This document shows, piece by piece, positions 17,980-26,840 of a DNA stretch of 64,000 nt. Each line of letters starts with the position of its first letter. Position 1 is the first letter of the stretch. The DNA is from a virus. The position numbers were made by a program, and so were the translations under genes. The notes below the pieces were generated by a model that ran no database searches, was not told the DNA's origin, and saw nothing but the letters and a program-made list of their open reading frames with translations. The stretch covers positions 1 through 64,000 of IMG/VR virus record IMGVR_UViG_3300004151_000006; one strand, given 5' to 3'.

Positions 17980-18522
17980 ATGAAAAAATTCTTACTTACT
18001 CTCATGTTGTTGGGTATTTTTGTTACTCCCGGATACACCGTATCTTCTGATGAAACATGTGCACATATCCCCAATGAATATTTAGAACTTAATCAATATT
18101 ACAAATTAGTATTTTACCGTACAATGGATATCCAGTATAAACTTAAAAATGTGGGAATAGAAGACTCTAATTTAAATAGACTCAAATATCTTAATATTGA
18201 AAAACTGCTTCCCAGTACAGTGGTGACTATCTTAGGAATAGAATGCCATGAAGGATTTGACATTTCACAAGCACAAATATTTAAAGCTTCATTTAGTGGT
18301 GCAAACTTTACTTCCTATAATGATATCAATGATTTAAATTGGTCTAAAATCAAAACATATTGTGGTATTGATCGATTCAAGATGATGTTATCTGTTGGCA
18401 TATTTCGTTATATGGATGAAGTATCTAAAGAGATTTTTGCAGAGACTTGTGGTTTATATAAAAAATATCCCGATAAATTTGAAACTATTGTATTTCCTGA
18501 AAAGATATATTGTTCGAATTGA
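17980..18522 (+). CDS. secreted protein (180 aa) with signal peptide MKKFLLTLMLLGIFVTPGYT
   Basis: AAGGAGGG upstream of ATG 17980; the longer 17884 start overlaps the hairpin and promoter motif. Confidence 0.8.
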   Translation: MKKFLLTLMLLGIFVTPGYTVSSDETCAHIPNEYLELNQYYKLVFYRTMDIQYKLKNVGIEDSNLNRLKYLNIEKLLPSTVVTILGIECHEGFDISQAQIFKASFSGANFTSYNDINDLNWSKIKTYCGIDRFKMMLSVGIFRYMDEVSKEIFAETCGLYKKYPDKFETIVFPEKIYCSN

Positions 18523-18530
18523 TGATGTTG

Positions 18531-18562
18531 GGCATACCCTAGCCAAAAGGCTAGGGTATGCC
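18531..18562 (+). terminator. GC-clamped perfect hairpin (GGCATACCCTAGCC AAAA GGCTAGGGTATGCC)
   Basis: 14-bp stem 9 nt after the stop. Confidence 0.55.
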
Positions 18563-18635
18563 ATTCAATTAATTTAAAAATATATATTATTAAATTGATA
18601 TAATCCTTTAAACTATTTAATCTGAGGAGTCTATT

Positions 18636-19091
18636 ATGTTTCGTTGGTTCCCCACTTCCTCCAAAAGAAATCAATGTATCATCAAATCAAAACTGCTCCT
18701 ACTTGGTTCTCCTTATTTTTACAAAGATGAAGCTGTGTATATGTTTGGTAAAAATGAAATGGCTAGATTTAATTATCTCTTTAAACTTATGATGAGTATC
18801 CACAATGATATCATCAATCATTTGCAAGCACAATGTAAACACCAAGTATCTGATAGTTATGCCAATCAATTGAAACTCCTTGGTGCATCTATGTCAAGAC
18901 TCATGCGTCATGTGGAAGTATTACATGAAGGTCTTGAAAATCTCACCAGAGAACAGTTTCAAAAGTATGTGAGTGACATCAATGAGACTTTCAATATCTT
19001 GGAATCCTTAGATGAACAAACCATAGAACATTTGGATATCCCATCTAAGAAAATCGAAACATTAGGTGAATCCCAAGATTTTCCTCAATAG
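18636..19091 (+). CDS. hypothetical protein (151 aa)
   Basis: GAGGAG 6 nt upstream of ATG. Confidence 0.8.
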   Translation: MFRWFPTSSKRNQCIIKSKLLLLGSPYFYKDEAVYMFGKNEMARFNYLFKLMMSIHNDIINHLQAQCKHQVSDSYANQLKLLGASMSRLMRHVEVLHEGLENLTREQFQKYVSDINETFNILESLDEQTIEHLDIPSKKIETLGESQDFPQ

Positions 19092-19099
19092 GAGTATTT

Positions 19100-19849
19100 G
19101 TGGAACACATTGATCCAATCCAAAGTGATCTCTTTGACCTTTTACCTAATCTTTTCATTGAAAATAATAAACTCTGTGGTATGATAGATATTGATTGTAC
19201 AGAAGTAAATGATTCCCCAGCATTAGCTGCATGTTATCACCATGTGGATGAAGATGAGCATCCTATCTTTCCAGCTTATCTTGAAAACATCTTAAATGTT
19301 AAAATGTTGTATTATCGTGTGATGGCACAGATCCACGATACACAAAATACACAGATCCCAAATATCACCACTTTTCATTTAGTAAAAAATGATGAACATC
19401 CAGATACATGTATATCTTCCATAGAGAAACAATTATATCTTGGTATGTTTAGATTCTATAATGAAATCTATGGATTAGATGGATGTGATATCATTGATAA
19501 TAAAGATAAATTAAACCTAGTATTTAATGATGCTTCATATGAGAGTATCCTTCAAACATTTATCTTATTTCAATTAGAATATAGTGAAAATATATTCTTT
19601 CCCATTCCTTTTAAATGTATTGGTTTTTTAAAAGATAAATATATTGCTACACCATTTTATCCAGAACATGAATTTATTGAAAATGGTAATTATTTCAATT
19701 CAAAATTTATTAGTATAAATGAATCTACATTATCAGAGATGTATGATAAACCTGATAGTCCTTTTCAACTTTATCTATATCACGGTAATCAGTTGATTGA
19801 AAATACTAAAGATACTTCTAAAAAGTATTTTGGTGAATATGGATTTTAA
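19100..19849 (+). CDS. hypothetical protein (249 aa)
   Basis: GTG start with AGGAG 5 nt upstream. Confidence 0.8.
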   Translation: MEHIDPIQSDLFDLLPNLFIENNKLCGMIDIDCTEVNDSPALAACYHHVDEDEHPIFPAYLENILNVKMLYYRVMAQIHDTQNTQIPNITTFHLVKNDEHPDTCISSIEKQLYLGMFRFYNEIYGLDGCDIIDNKDKLNLVFNDASYESILQTFILFQLEYSENIFFPIPFKCIGFLKDKYIATPFYPEHEFIENGNYFNSKFISINESTLSEMYDKPDSPFQLYLYHGNQLIENTKDTSKKYFGEYGF

Positions 19850-19893
19850 ATATAAGTTTTATATCATTTCAATAATTAGTCTATTGATTAATA

Positions 19894-19902
19894 TAGCTAT
19901 AG
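19894..19902 (+). promoter_or_regulatory. promoter-like motif variant TAGCTATAG
   Basis: 37 nt upstream of ATG 19939 in an intergenic gap. Confidence 0.3.
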
Positions 19903-19938
19903 TTTATTTTGAGACCAAACACTCAAAGGAGAAGCCAC

Positions 19939-20292
19939 ATGTCAAACGATCATCTGACTAACATCCCCGGTCTTGAAAAAGAAACTCCCCGGAACATTGA
20001 TCAGGACACTCCGGAGACTGAGACGTATGAGGATCTCAATGTCGTCAAGTTTGGTGAAGTCCTTATCAATGGGATAAAGACCAGACAAAGTCTGGTCTTT
20101 TGTCCTGAATGTGGGGATCCCCGTATCGAGATGGAAGCTATTGCTATCTTCCGTCTCACCAATCAACATGTGTGGTCTTTGGTGCCCATCACCCAAGAAG
20201 AACTGATCGAAGTGCTCAATCGGGATGACAATCAGTGCACCTGTACTGAATGTGGTTGGACTGGTACATTTGGTGAATTGGGACACTTTTAA
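19939..20292 (+). CDS. zinc-ribbon protein (117 aa; CPECG...CTECG), G+C-rich island gene
   Basis: AAAGGAGAAG upstream of ATG 19939; the antisense 19942..20316 ORF is judged a G+C artefact. Confidence 0.7.
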   Translation: MSNDHLTNIPGLEKETPRNIDQDTPETETYEDLNVVKFGEVLINGIKTRQSLVFCPECGDPRIEMEAIAIFRLTNQHVWSLVPITQEELIEVLNRDDNQCTCTECGWTGTFGELGHF

Positions 20293-20309
20293 ACTAGGAT
20301 TGTGTTCAC

Positions 20310-20591
20310 ATGCCACGCATACTTATTGTAGATGGTATTCCACACTGGGATGGTACACACATTGCTAAAATGATTGTTGATTTTATTGCAGCTTTAAATA
20401 CATATCCAGTCATTACACCAATGGAACAAAAATCTATGTTTCAAATAGATATGGAATGGCAATATAAAATGCAACAAGTTGATCATAGTTTTAAGTGGTT
20501 ACCTAATAGAACACCACATCTTAAACCTAAAACTAAGTTTACTATGATAAAAGCCAACCATAGAAATAGACATCATTTGTTTGGAAAATAA
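20310..20591 (+). CDS. hypothetical protein (93 aa)
   Basis: ORF between the previous gene and terminator 20602; weak RBS. Confidence 0.65.
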   Translation: MPRILIVDGIPHWDGTHIAKMIVDFIAALNTYPVITPMEQKSMFQIDMEWQYKMQQVDHSFKWLPNRTPHLKPKTKFTMIKANHRNRHHLFGK

Positions 20592-20601
20592 CAGACAGAT
20601 A

Positions 20602-20633
20602 CACCATGGGCTGGGATATCCCAGCCCATGGTG
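20602..20633. terminator. 32-nt perfect palindrome CACCATGGGCTGGGAT/ATCCCAGCCCATGGTG with downstream T-run
   Basis: Lies between convergent genes; T-rich tract 20647-20656; near-identical core to the palindrome at 27613-27648. Confidence 0.7.
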
Positions 20634-20660
20634 ATCTCACACTCTTTATTTTTTTATCGG

Positions 20661-20777
20661 TTACCAACCACAATCTGAAATTATCTCACAAAAGAGTCTA
20701 ATCATAAGGACACACATTGTACCCATCACGAAGATCGCTGTTATAACGACACATGGATCTTTCCCATTGGGTTCCAT
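20661..20777 (-). CDS. possible small membrane peptide (38 aa, MEPNGKDPCVVITAIFVMGTMCVLMIRLF...)
   Basis: ATG 6 nt after the RNase H stop; GGAGG 12 nt upstream; below the ORF-track cutoff. Confidence 0.3.
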   Translation of the reverse strand: MEPNGKDPCVVITAIFVMGTMCVLMIRLFCEIISDCGW

Positions 20778-20783
20778 ACAAAT

Positions 20784-21239
20784 TTAGGTCCTCCAATATC
20801 CTCCACAATTATACTGAATTTGTAAAGCTAGACCATCACATAATTCATTACCAGCATCACCATTGTGTCCACGTACCCAATATGCTTTGATCATATGCAT
20901 GTGTTTATATTTCAAGATCTCCATCCATAAGTCCTGATTGAGCACTGGATTACCAGATGATGAAGTCCATCCGTTATTGGCCCAACCAGATACCCACTGA
21001 TTGATACCATTGACCACATATTGACTATCTGAATAAATATCTACTCTACATTTACAGGTAAGCTGAGCTAATGATGTCAATACCGCCTGTATCTCCATTC
21101 TATTGTTTGTAGTGTCTTTGACATAATCACAAAGCATGAGGTCGTGGTGTCCACAGGAGAGATATGCTCCCCATCCACCAGCACCATATTTTTTACTATA
21201 GGCACCATCAGCATATATCGTCACATGAGGCAAACTCAT
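20784..21239 (-). CDS. rnhA: ribonuclease HI
   Basis: IYADGA..., NNRMEIQAV, YSDSQYVVNGINQW and WVRGHNGDAGNELCDGLA match the RNase HI catalytic D-E-D-D layout. Confidence 0.9.
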   Translation of the reverse strand: MSLPHVTIYADGAYSKKYGAGGWGAYLSCGHHDLMLCDYVKDTTNNRMEIQAVLTSLAQLTCKCRVDIYSDSQYVVNGINQWVSGWANNGWTSSSGNPVLNQDLWMEILKYKHMHMIKAYWVRGHNGDAGNELCDGLALQIQYNCGGYWRT

Positions 21240-21287
21240 ATTAGCTATCCCCCTACAATATAGGAAAATAGCGTATTTTATGATAGT

Positions 21288-21887
21288 CTATTTAGCAAAA
21301 CTCTGGATATACTTTGCCAGAATATTCCAAATACCTAAAGCTTGAAATATAACAACAAATGTAATGATACCAGTACAAGCCATATTGGCAATAATACTTG
21401 TTTTAGCTATCTTTTTAACATCGTTTATTTCATCATCATGAGTAATCACTTTTTCACAAGTGCTACGTACTTTATTGAATTGCTCATTGACTTTACTAAT
21501 ATGGTTGATGAGTTCATTTCTAATAGTTTCTTTATCTTTATTAAGAGTTTCAATATTGTTGATATTTTTATGTTGTCTATTTTCAATATCTTTAATGAAA
21601 TCCTGAGCATGTAACATAGTTTCTTTTAATCCAAACAGGGCTTGTTCAAGATTTTCATATTTCTCTGAATGTGTTTCTGTAATGGTTTTAATGGAATTGA
21701 TATTTTTACCAAGAATAGTGTTGGCTTTTAAGATACCATCCACTTTTCCATTGAGTGGTGATACTTTTGTATCCACTTCTTTCATTGAAGATTGAAGTCC
21801 ATTGATCTTAGTTTCCAGTGCTTTAGTCAAGCTAGCTACAGCTTCAATATCTTTTTTCAAGTCTTCTAATGTAATATCAGGAGGCAT
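21288..21887 (-). CDS. coiled-coil protein with C-terminal transmembrane anchor (199 aa)
   Basis: Long heptad-like charged region followed by IIANMACTGIITFVVIFQALGIW. Confidence 0.75.
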   Translation of the reverse strand: MPPDITLEDLKKDIEAVASLTKALETKINGLQSSMKEVDTKVSPLNGKVDGILKANTILGKNINSIKTITETHSEKYENLEQALFGLKETMLHAQDFIKDIENRQHKNINNIETLNKDKETIRNELINHISKVNEQFNKVRSTCEKVITHDDEINDVKKIAKTSIIANMACTGIITFVVIFQALGIWNILAKYIQSFAK

Positions 21888-21896
21888 AATCTACAC

Positions 21897-22547
21897 CTAT
21901 TCCCTAGGCAAGTGCTCTCCATCCTCGGAGAGAACTTGGTGTGAAGTTGAACTACTGGGTGTGCCACTGATTGGATTGTTGGTTGATCCATTTGGTCGAG
22001 TTGATTTATTTGTATTCCTTAAACTACTTGTGGTATCACTACTCCCAAAGAAGAATCCCACAATAGCACTCAATATACCAAGTAAGAAACCAATAGCAGT
22101 ATCAGCAAATCGAATACTTTTTTCTGGGATCTCATAAAACGTAATCATAAACACATATCCAAAAACCAAGACAGTGATGATGAGTCCAAATAAAGGGGGG
22201 AAATATTTAAAGAATTTATTATCTTTATTAGATTCAATAAGTTTCATATAAGTTTCTCTAGCATGTTTAGTGTCTTCAGTAACTATTTTTTTATATTGAA
22301 CATAAAATTCACTAATAGTTGAGAAATTATCAAAAGCACACTTTCTTAATTGTTCAATGGTTTGATCGTCTAATGTAGCCAATACATCAGGATTGCTGAT
22401 ATCTATACCAATTTGTGTTTTAATGAGATTAGCCAATTCACGAATACCAGCATCATCCATGTTAGATAAAAACCCATATAGAAAATCAAGTTTGGTTGAT
22501 AAGACTGTATCACCAATCTTGTTGAGTAAGTTAGACATGGGGTACAC
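21897..22547 (-). CDS. membrane protein (216 aa, two central TM helices, Ser/Thr-rich tail)
   Basis: AGGAG 10 nt upstream; promoter-like motif 22 nt upstream. Confidence 0.75.
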   Translation of the reverse strand: MYPMSNLLNKIGDTVLSTKLDFLYGFLSNMDDAGIRELANLIKTQIGIDISNPDVLATLDDQTIEQLRKCAFDNFSTISEFYVQYKKIVTEDTKHARETYMKLIESNKDNKFFKYFPPLFGLIITVLVFGYVFMITFYEIPEKSIRFADTAIGFLLGILSAIVGFFFGSSDTTSSLRNTNKSTRPNGSTNNPISGTPSSSTSHQVLSEDGEHLPRE

Positions 22548-22562
22548 ACTCCTTTGATACTT

Positions 22563-22581
22563 TAGTATCTATAAGATGTAA
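22563..22581 (-). promoter_or_regulatory. promoter-like motif ATCTTATAG (exact) within a 19-nt direct repeat (copy 1)
   Basis: Plus strand TAGTATCTATAAGATGTAA; its 13-nt core CTATAAGATGTAA is identical to 23618-23630; 22 nt upstream of ATG 22547. Confidence 0.45.
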
Positions 22582-22610
22582 AAAATAAAAAATACAAATA
22601 GTCAAATAAA

Positions 22611-22646
22611 CACCTACCCCACTCCAAGAGAGGAGTGGGGTAGGTG
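22611..22646 (-). terminator. rho-independent-type terminator (15-bp stem CACCTACCCCACTCC / GGAGTGGGGTAGGTG)
   Basis: Followed on the minus strand by a long T-rich tract (plus-strand A-rich 22578-22610); sits after the stop of the G+C-rich gene. Confidence 0.75.
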
Positions 22647-22685
22647 ATACATCCGAAGATGATTGACCTTGGCTTGCAGGTCTGG

Positions 22686-23537
22686 TTAGACCGGCAGATC
22701 CAGGATGGCATCCAGATCGGCGGCGCCGAGAGTGGCACAGACGACCTTGTGATCGTACATGATGGCATTAGCAGCCTGGACGTTGTCGTAGTCGGTGACG
22801 TCGGCGTTGGTCTCAACAGTGGACAGGCGAGCGATCTCGACCTTGGTCATCTTGCCGTAGGTGGCGCCATCCAGGACATCGTCCAGGGTATTGGCATTGT
22901 CGCCACGGAACTTGAAGTGATCCTGCAGCTGCAGGGTCCAGTTGACATCCAGCGTGCCGATCTCGGAGACCTTGTTCCAGGACATGGGCAGAGCACCGGA
23001 TCCATCCGGGTCATACCAGACATAGATCGCAGCGCCGGCGGTGACAGAGGTATCACCGGGAGTTTTCTCGCCGCCGCCGGTGATGGTGCCGTTGGTGGCA
23101 TCGACGACCAGGATCAGGGTCGAATGGAAGGAAGCATCCAGAGCCTGCAGGTCACCATAGGTCTCGACCACCTTGACGGTGTTGAGGATGAAGCCGGGCA
23201 GCTGATCATGACGGATCTTGCCGGTGGCGTCGGAGAGGATCATGGACTCGGGGATGTTCTGGCCGACCTTCAGAGAATAGGTCAGCCCGCCGTCGGCGGT
23301 GGTAAAGAGCTTGTCGAGCAGGACGCGGTATTCGGTAGGCAACGAAGCTTCGATGGCCCAGGGCAGCTGGGCGAAGGTCTTGGTGCCGTCGCCGACTTTG
23401 ATCCGACCAAGCGAGCTGTCACGGACGGCCAGACCAGCAGGGATGTTTTTGGTGTTATTGACCCAATTGGCCGAGGTATCGCTCGGCATCGGGGCCAACA
23501 GATTGGCGGTGTTGCGTTTGGTAGCGGAACCGGGCAT
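22686..23537 (-). CDS. tail-fibre-like protein (283 aa), strongly G+C-rich
   Basis: The N-terminal ANWVNNTKNIPAGLAVRDSSLGRIKVGDGTKTFAQLPW resembles the conserved fibre/Mtd-N-type motif (..GE..D....iKiGDG.t.w..LPy); GGAG upstream; hand count 34/60 G+C at 22861-22920. Confidence 0.7.
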   Translation of the reverse strand: MPGSATKRNTANLLAPMPSDTSANWVNNTKNIPAGLAVRDSSLGRIKVGDGTKTFAQLPWAIEASLPTEYRVLLDKLFTTADGGLTYSLKVGQNIPESMILSDATGKIRHDQLPGFILNTVKVVETYGDLQALDASFHSTLILVVDATNGTITGGGEKTPGDTSVTAGAAIYVWYDPDGSGALPMSWNKVSEIGTLDVNWTLQLQDHFKFRGDNANTLDDVLDGATYGKMTKVEIARLSTVETNADVTDYDNVQAANAIMYDHKVVCATLGAADLDAILDLPV

Positions 23538-23611
23538 CGGATATTCTCCTTAATGCGTGCTTGTTGAATCAAATTTAGGAAAACCAAATACACTTCAGTA
23601 TAAAGGTCTCC

Positions 23612-23630
23612 TAGTGCCTATAAGATGTAA
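23612..23630 (-). promoter_or_regulatory. promoter-like motif ATCTTATAG (exact) within a 19-nt direct repeat (copy 2)
   Basis: Plus strand TAGTGCCTATAAGATGTAA; 81 nt upstream of ATG 23537. Confidence 0.45.
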
Positions 23631-23652
23631 GCTTGGATCAACTGAAGCTTAC
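23627..23652 (-). terminator. hairpin GTAAGCTT(10 nt)AAGCTTAC
   Basis: 8-bp stem 7 nt after the stop of 23659..23862; abuts the promoter-like motif; no U-tract. Confidence 0.35.
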
Positions 23653-23658
23653 AGAAAA

Positions 23659-23862
23659 TTAAAACAAAGATTTGATCATGGATGGTAGAATAACAAGACC
23701 CCTGAGTACACCTGCTACCACCACACATCCCATAGCCATGACTACTACATACGCTAAAAAGACCTTTAGGAACTTGATCTTTGACCTGCAACGAAAATCT
23801 GTCTGGAAATATTCCTTCTTGGTCTTTTCCAGCAATGGAGAATTGAAATTGATAACTGCCAC
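23659..23862 (-). CDS. small membrane protein (67 aa)
   Basis: GTG start with AGGAGG 6 nt upstream; C-terminal hydrophobic helix. Confidence 0.6.
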   Translation of the reverse strand: MAVINFNSPLLEKTKKEYFQTDFRCRSKIKFLKVFLAYVVVMAMGCVVVAGVLRGLVILPSMIKSLF

Positions 23863-23909
23863 GGTAGCCTCCTTTTTTGGATGAGTCTTAGAATCATTAA
23901 AGGTTTAAT

Positions 23910-25091
23910 ATGCTGACCAAGCATGCTATGTCTAGGCATGTGAAACCTTACATAGTACTTACTTGGGAGGACCTCTGTTTGATGGACGAAACACTACACA
24001 CACCTACAGTTACACAGGATATCTTAAACTTACGCTTTATTTCCGATGCTGCAGAAACGTATGTCTGTGATCAGGAGTACGTCTCAAAGTATGGCCAAGA
24101 TACAGTAAAAGAAGAAGACCTACTATTTGATCTATATGAAATAATCAAAAATGAATTAGTTGATCTGGGTATTGTTTATTGGGACACACAATATAATCCA
24201 TTAGAAGATTGGTATCAAGCACGTAGTCTTTATTATCTTAGAAAAGTATTTGATGAAGATGTATTGTTGATATTACTTAAACAAAATGATAGTGTAATAC
24301 CTGGTATTGAAACTATCATCTCTTCAGATGAAAGTGATGAAAGTGATATACATTTAGTATTAGAATTACTTAACAATACATTTATTGATCATCCTGATAT
24401 ATTGATGTGCATGGAATTTCAAGATAAGATCATCTCTACGGATAGATTCACTGAACATTTAAAAGCTATCATCTATACACATAAACATCTAGCTACCACC
24501 ACTATTGATGATCCTGAAATAGTGTTACCTTATATCAAACAAATTGAATTGGGCAGAGTGCGAGTAAAAGAAGCAGTAGAACGAATATTACTCAATCTTG
24601 ATGAGACTGGTAAAATCATGACCACTGATATAACAAATTGTGGAAGATCTAGTATTGATATGGAGCTACTTGATACTCTTCTTAGAAATTATGATTTGGA
24701 TAAACTTCAACCTAATGAGATTGGATATTATGCAGTTTTAGATAGACCTGATGAAAATATAGATAAGGTACAACTGGAATTTAAACAAAAATATATGGAT
24801 ATTCATCACAATAGAAGCCCACATCACATTGAGTATTGGAAATCACATGGAATATTAAACCTCACCAATACCAATATTCTAATGTTAATGGCACACATTT
24901 ATAATCCTTATTTAAATGGTGATGAATTTGTCACTGAATTTGCAAATATGAGAAAGATAGCTATCACTATATTCACTGAAGATCAGATTAAGATCTTAGA
25001 TACATATGGTCTGGTATTGATGGGTACTATGAGAGATCATGGTCAGGAGGATCAATATGGTCACATACCAGATCATTCCATCGTCTCATAA
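23910..25091 (+). CDS. hypothetical protein (393 aa) immediately upstream of, and overlapping, the beta-prime-like gene
   Basis: Long ORF with weak RBS; no polymerase motif recognised. Confidence 0.75.
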   Translation: MLTKHAMSRHVKPYIVLTWEDLCLMDETLHTPTVTQDILNLRFISDAAETYVCDQEYVSKYGQDTVKEEDLLFDLYEIIKNELVDLGIVYWDTQYNPLEDWYQARSLYYLRKVFDEDVLLILLKQNDSVIPGIETIISSDESDESDIHLVLELLNNTFIDHPDILMCMEFQDKIISTDRFTEHLKAIIYTHKHLATTTIDDPEIVLPYIKQIELGRVRVKEAVERILLNLDETGKIMTTDITNCGRSSIDMELLDTLLRNYDLDKLQPNEIGYYAVLDRPDENIDKVQLEFKQKYMDIHHNRSPHHIEYWKSHGILNLTNTNILMLMAHIYNPYLNGDEFVTEFANMRKIAITIFTEDQIKILDTYGLVLMGTMRDHGQEDQYGHIPDHSIVS

Positions 25092-26811
25092 ACCTACAGA
25101 TGGGCAAGTCTCTCCTAAAGTAACTTTTTTAGTAGAGAATAGAGCATCTTTGATTTATAGAGAATTTCTGATTCAACTATTCACATATTCTACAAAACAT
25201 ACATTTGATCTTCCAGCTAATGTATTGGGTAAAGATACTATCAAGATAGATGCAGATACTGCTTTCGAATTAGATACTCTAATGGAACAACGTATTGTAG
25301 CTATACCAAAAAATAGTAAACCAATTAGTTTTCCCAAATCTGATGATATTGAAGCACTCAAATTACAAGATCGTATCATCACTACACGTATCATGGTAGA
25401 AAAGAATAAATACTCTATGGGTGATATCGTAGTAGCTCCTTGGGGATATAGATATGTAGTATCTAAACGTGTAGTCTATAAACGTCTCATTGATCACCCA
25501 TATTACAACGAATTGACTGATAGTCAAAAAGCTGAGATAGGTACTAATTTCTTTGATGTACTCACCTTAGATAAATTGGATGGTAGTAGACCCGTCCTCA
25601 GTGGTAGGGATTTTTATATCTATGGTGTAGCCTTTAAGACCATTGGTGATCATGATTTACCTTTAAATGACACTAATGGTAAAACCCCATGTAGTGTTAT
25701 CCTAGTCAAATTGTCAGAAAGCGGTGATATACCTATTTTCACTCCTACAGATACTTTCAAATTACAAAATGGTATGATAGAGAATTATACAGAATCAGCT
25801 AAAGCTATTGAAACTACTGTAGGAAGATATCTTTTAAATTATTTGATCTTAGTGAGACCGTTTAATAAACTTTTCACTTATATCAATGAACCATTTAATA
25901 TTGGTAAAATTGATACTATGGTAGCTACTGAATTATTAAACAAGACTATTGGTAGAAAAGAATATGATGATTACATGGCCTATGGATTTTTCATTGGTCA
26001 ATTTAGTGAATTCAGTGTACCAGGATTATCTAGAAAATCATTGACTACAGATCCCAAGATCAAAGCTCTCCGTGAAAAGCTTTTAAAAGAACATGCTCAT
26101 GAATTAGGTGATCCCACAGTACTTACGGCGATAGAAACACAGTTAGTTGAAGCTGATAAAGAATGGATAAAAGGTGATAGTAGTGAACATTTCTATGCAG
26201 TCACTGCAAATAAATCGTATAATGAACATAGAAAAAAGATGTTTCTCACTATGGGACTCATGCAATCTTTTAAATCTACAAGTACTGAATACACATTCAT
26301 CCCCAATAGTCTCTCTGAAGGATTCGATATCAAATATATGCCAGATGTTGCTAATGAAATTAGACGTGGTAGCTATGATCGTGGTAAAAATACTGCTAAT
26401 GGTGGTGTACAGACTAAAGACTTACTTCGTATCTTTAGTACATTACGTATTGTAGCTGATGATTGTCATACCAATGGGGGCATTAGATTATTACTCACTG
26501 AAGAGAATTATAAACATTATATCAAACGATATACCATGCATGCTGGTAAATCTATATTACTTACAAATGACAATATCAAAGAGTTTATTGGTAAAAATCT
26601 CATCATCCGTAGCCCAATGTATTGTAAAACAAAAGAAGGGCTGTGTAATATTTGCGCTGGAGAATACTTTAAAGAGCTCAATAGTACAGCCATTGGTATG
26701 TTAGCTCTAGATGTTGGATCAAAGTTTACTTCTATATCTATGAAATCCATGCACTTCAGTGGTATTAAATCTACCACCATCCATTCACTTTCACCATTTT
26801 TCTACGGATAA
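25057..26811 (+). CDS. multisubunit RNA polymerase beta-prime-like fragment (bridge helix to trigger-loop region)
   Basis: RGKNTANGGVQTKDLLR...IVADDCHTNGG, IRSPMYCKTKEGLCNICAGEYF and AIGMLALDVGSKFTSISMKSMHFSG align with E. coli beta-prime [22 protein letters not shown]...[29 protein letters not shown] and [32 protein letters not shown] precedes ATG 25057. Confidence 0.7.
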   Translation: MVTYQIIPSSHKPTDGQVSPKVTFLVENRASLIYREFLIQLFTYSTKHTFDLPANVLGKDTIKIDADTAFELDTLMEQRIVAIPKNSKPISFPKSDDIEALKLQDRIITTRIMVEKNKYSMGDIVVAPWGYRYVVSKRVVYKRLIDHPYYNELTDSQKAEIGTNFFDVLTLDKLDGSRPVLSGRDFYIYGVAFKTIGDHDLPLNDTNGKTPCSVILVKLSESGDIPIFTPTDTFKLQNGMIENYTESAKAIETTVGRYLLNYLILVRPFNKLFTYINEPFNIGKIDTMVATELLNKTIGRKEYDDYMAYGFFIGQFSEFSVPGLSRKSLTTDPKIKALREKLLKEHAHELGDPTVLTAIETQLVEADKEWIKGDSSEHFYAVTANKSYNEHRKKMFLTMGLMQSFKSTSTEYTFIPNSLSEGFDIKYMPDVANEIRRGSYDRGKNTANGGVQTKDLLRIFSTLRIVADDCHTNGGIRLLLTEENYKHYIKRYTMHAGKSILLTNDNIKEFIGKNLIIRSPMYCKTKEGLCNICAGEYFKELNSTAIGMLALDVGSKFTSISMKSMHFSGIKSTTIHSLSPFFYG

Positions 26812-26840
26812 ATGGTATACTCTTCTAGGAGGACAGATTA

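Noticed and set aside
22686-23537. Diversity-generating retroelement targeting the Mtd-N-like fibre gene
   Set aside because: The window contains no reverse transcriptase gene and no template-repeat copy of the gene's 3' end. Only the N-terminal motif is Mtd-like.
22644-23567. 307-aa plus-strand ORF, together with 22562..22816, 22847..23101, 23282..23593 and 23299..23553, overlapping the G+C-rich fibre-like gene
   Set aside because: Long stop-free antisense or alternative frames are expected in G+C-rich DNA. These have Gly/Asp/Val/Arg/Pro-rich low-complexity translations and no RBS. The minus-strand 22686..23537 frame has an RBS, promoter-like motif, terminator and a recognisable protein motif.
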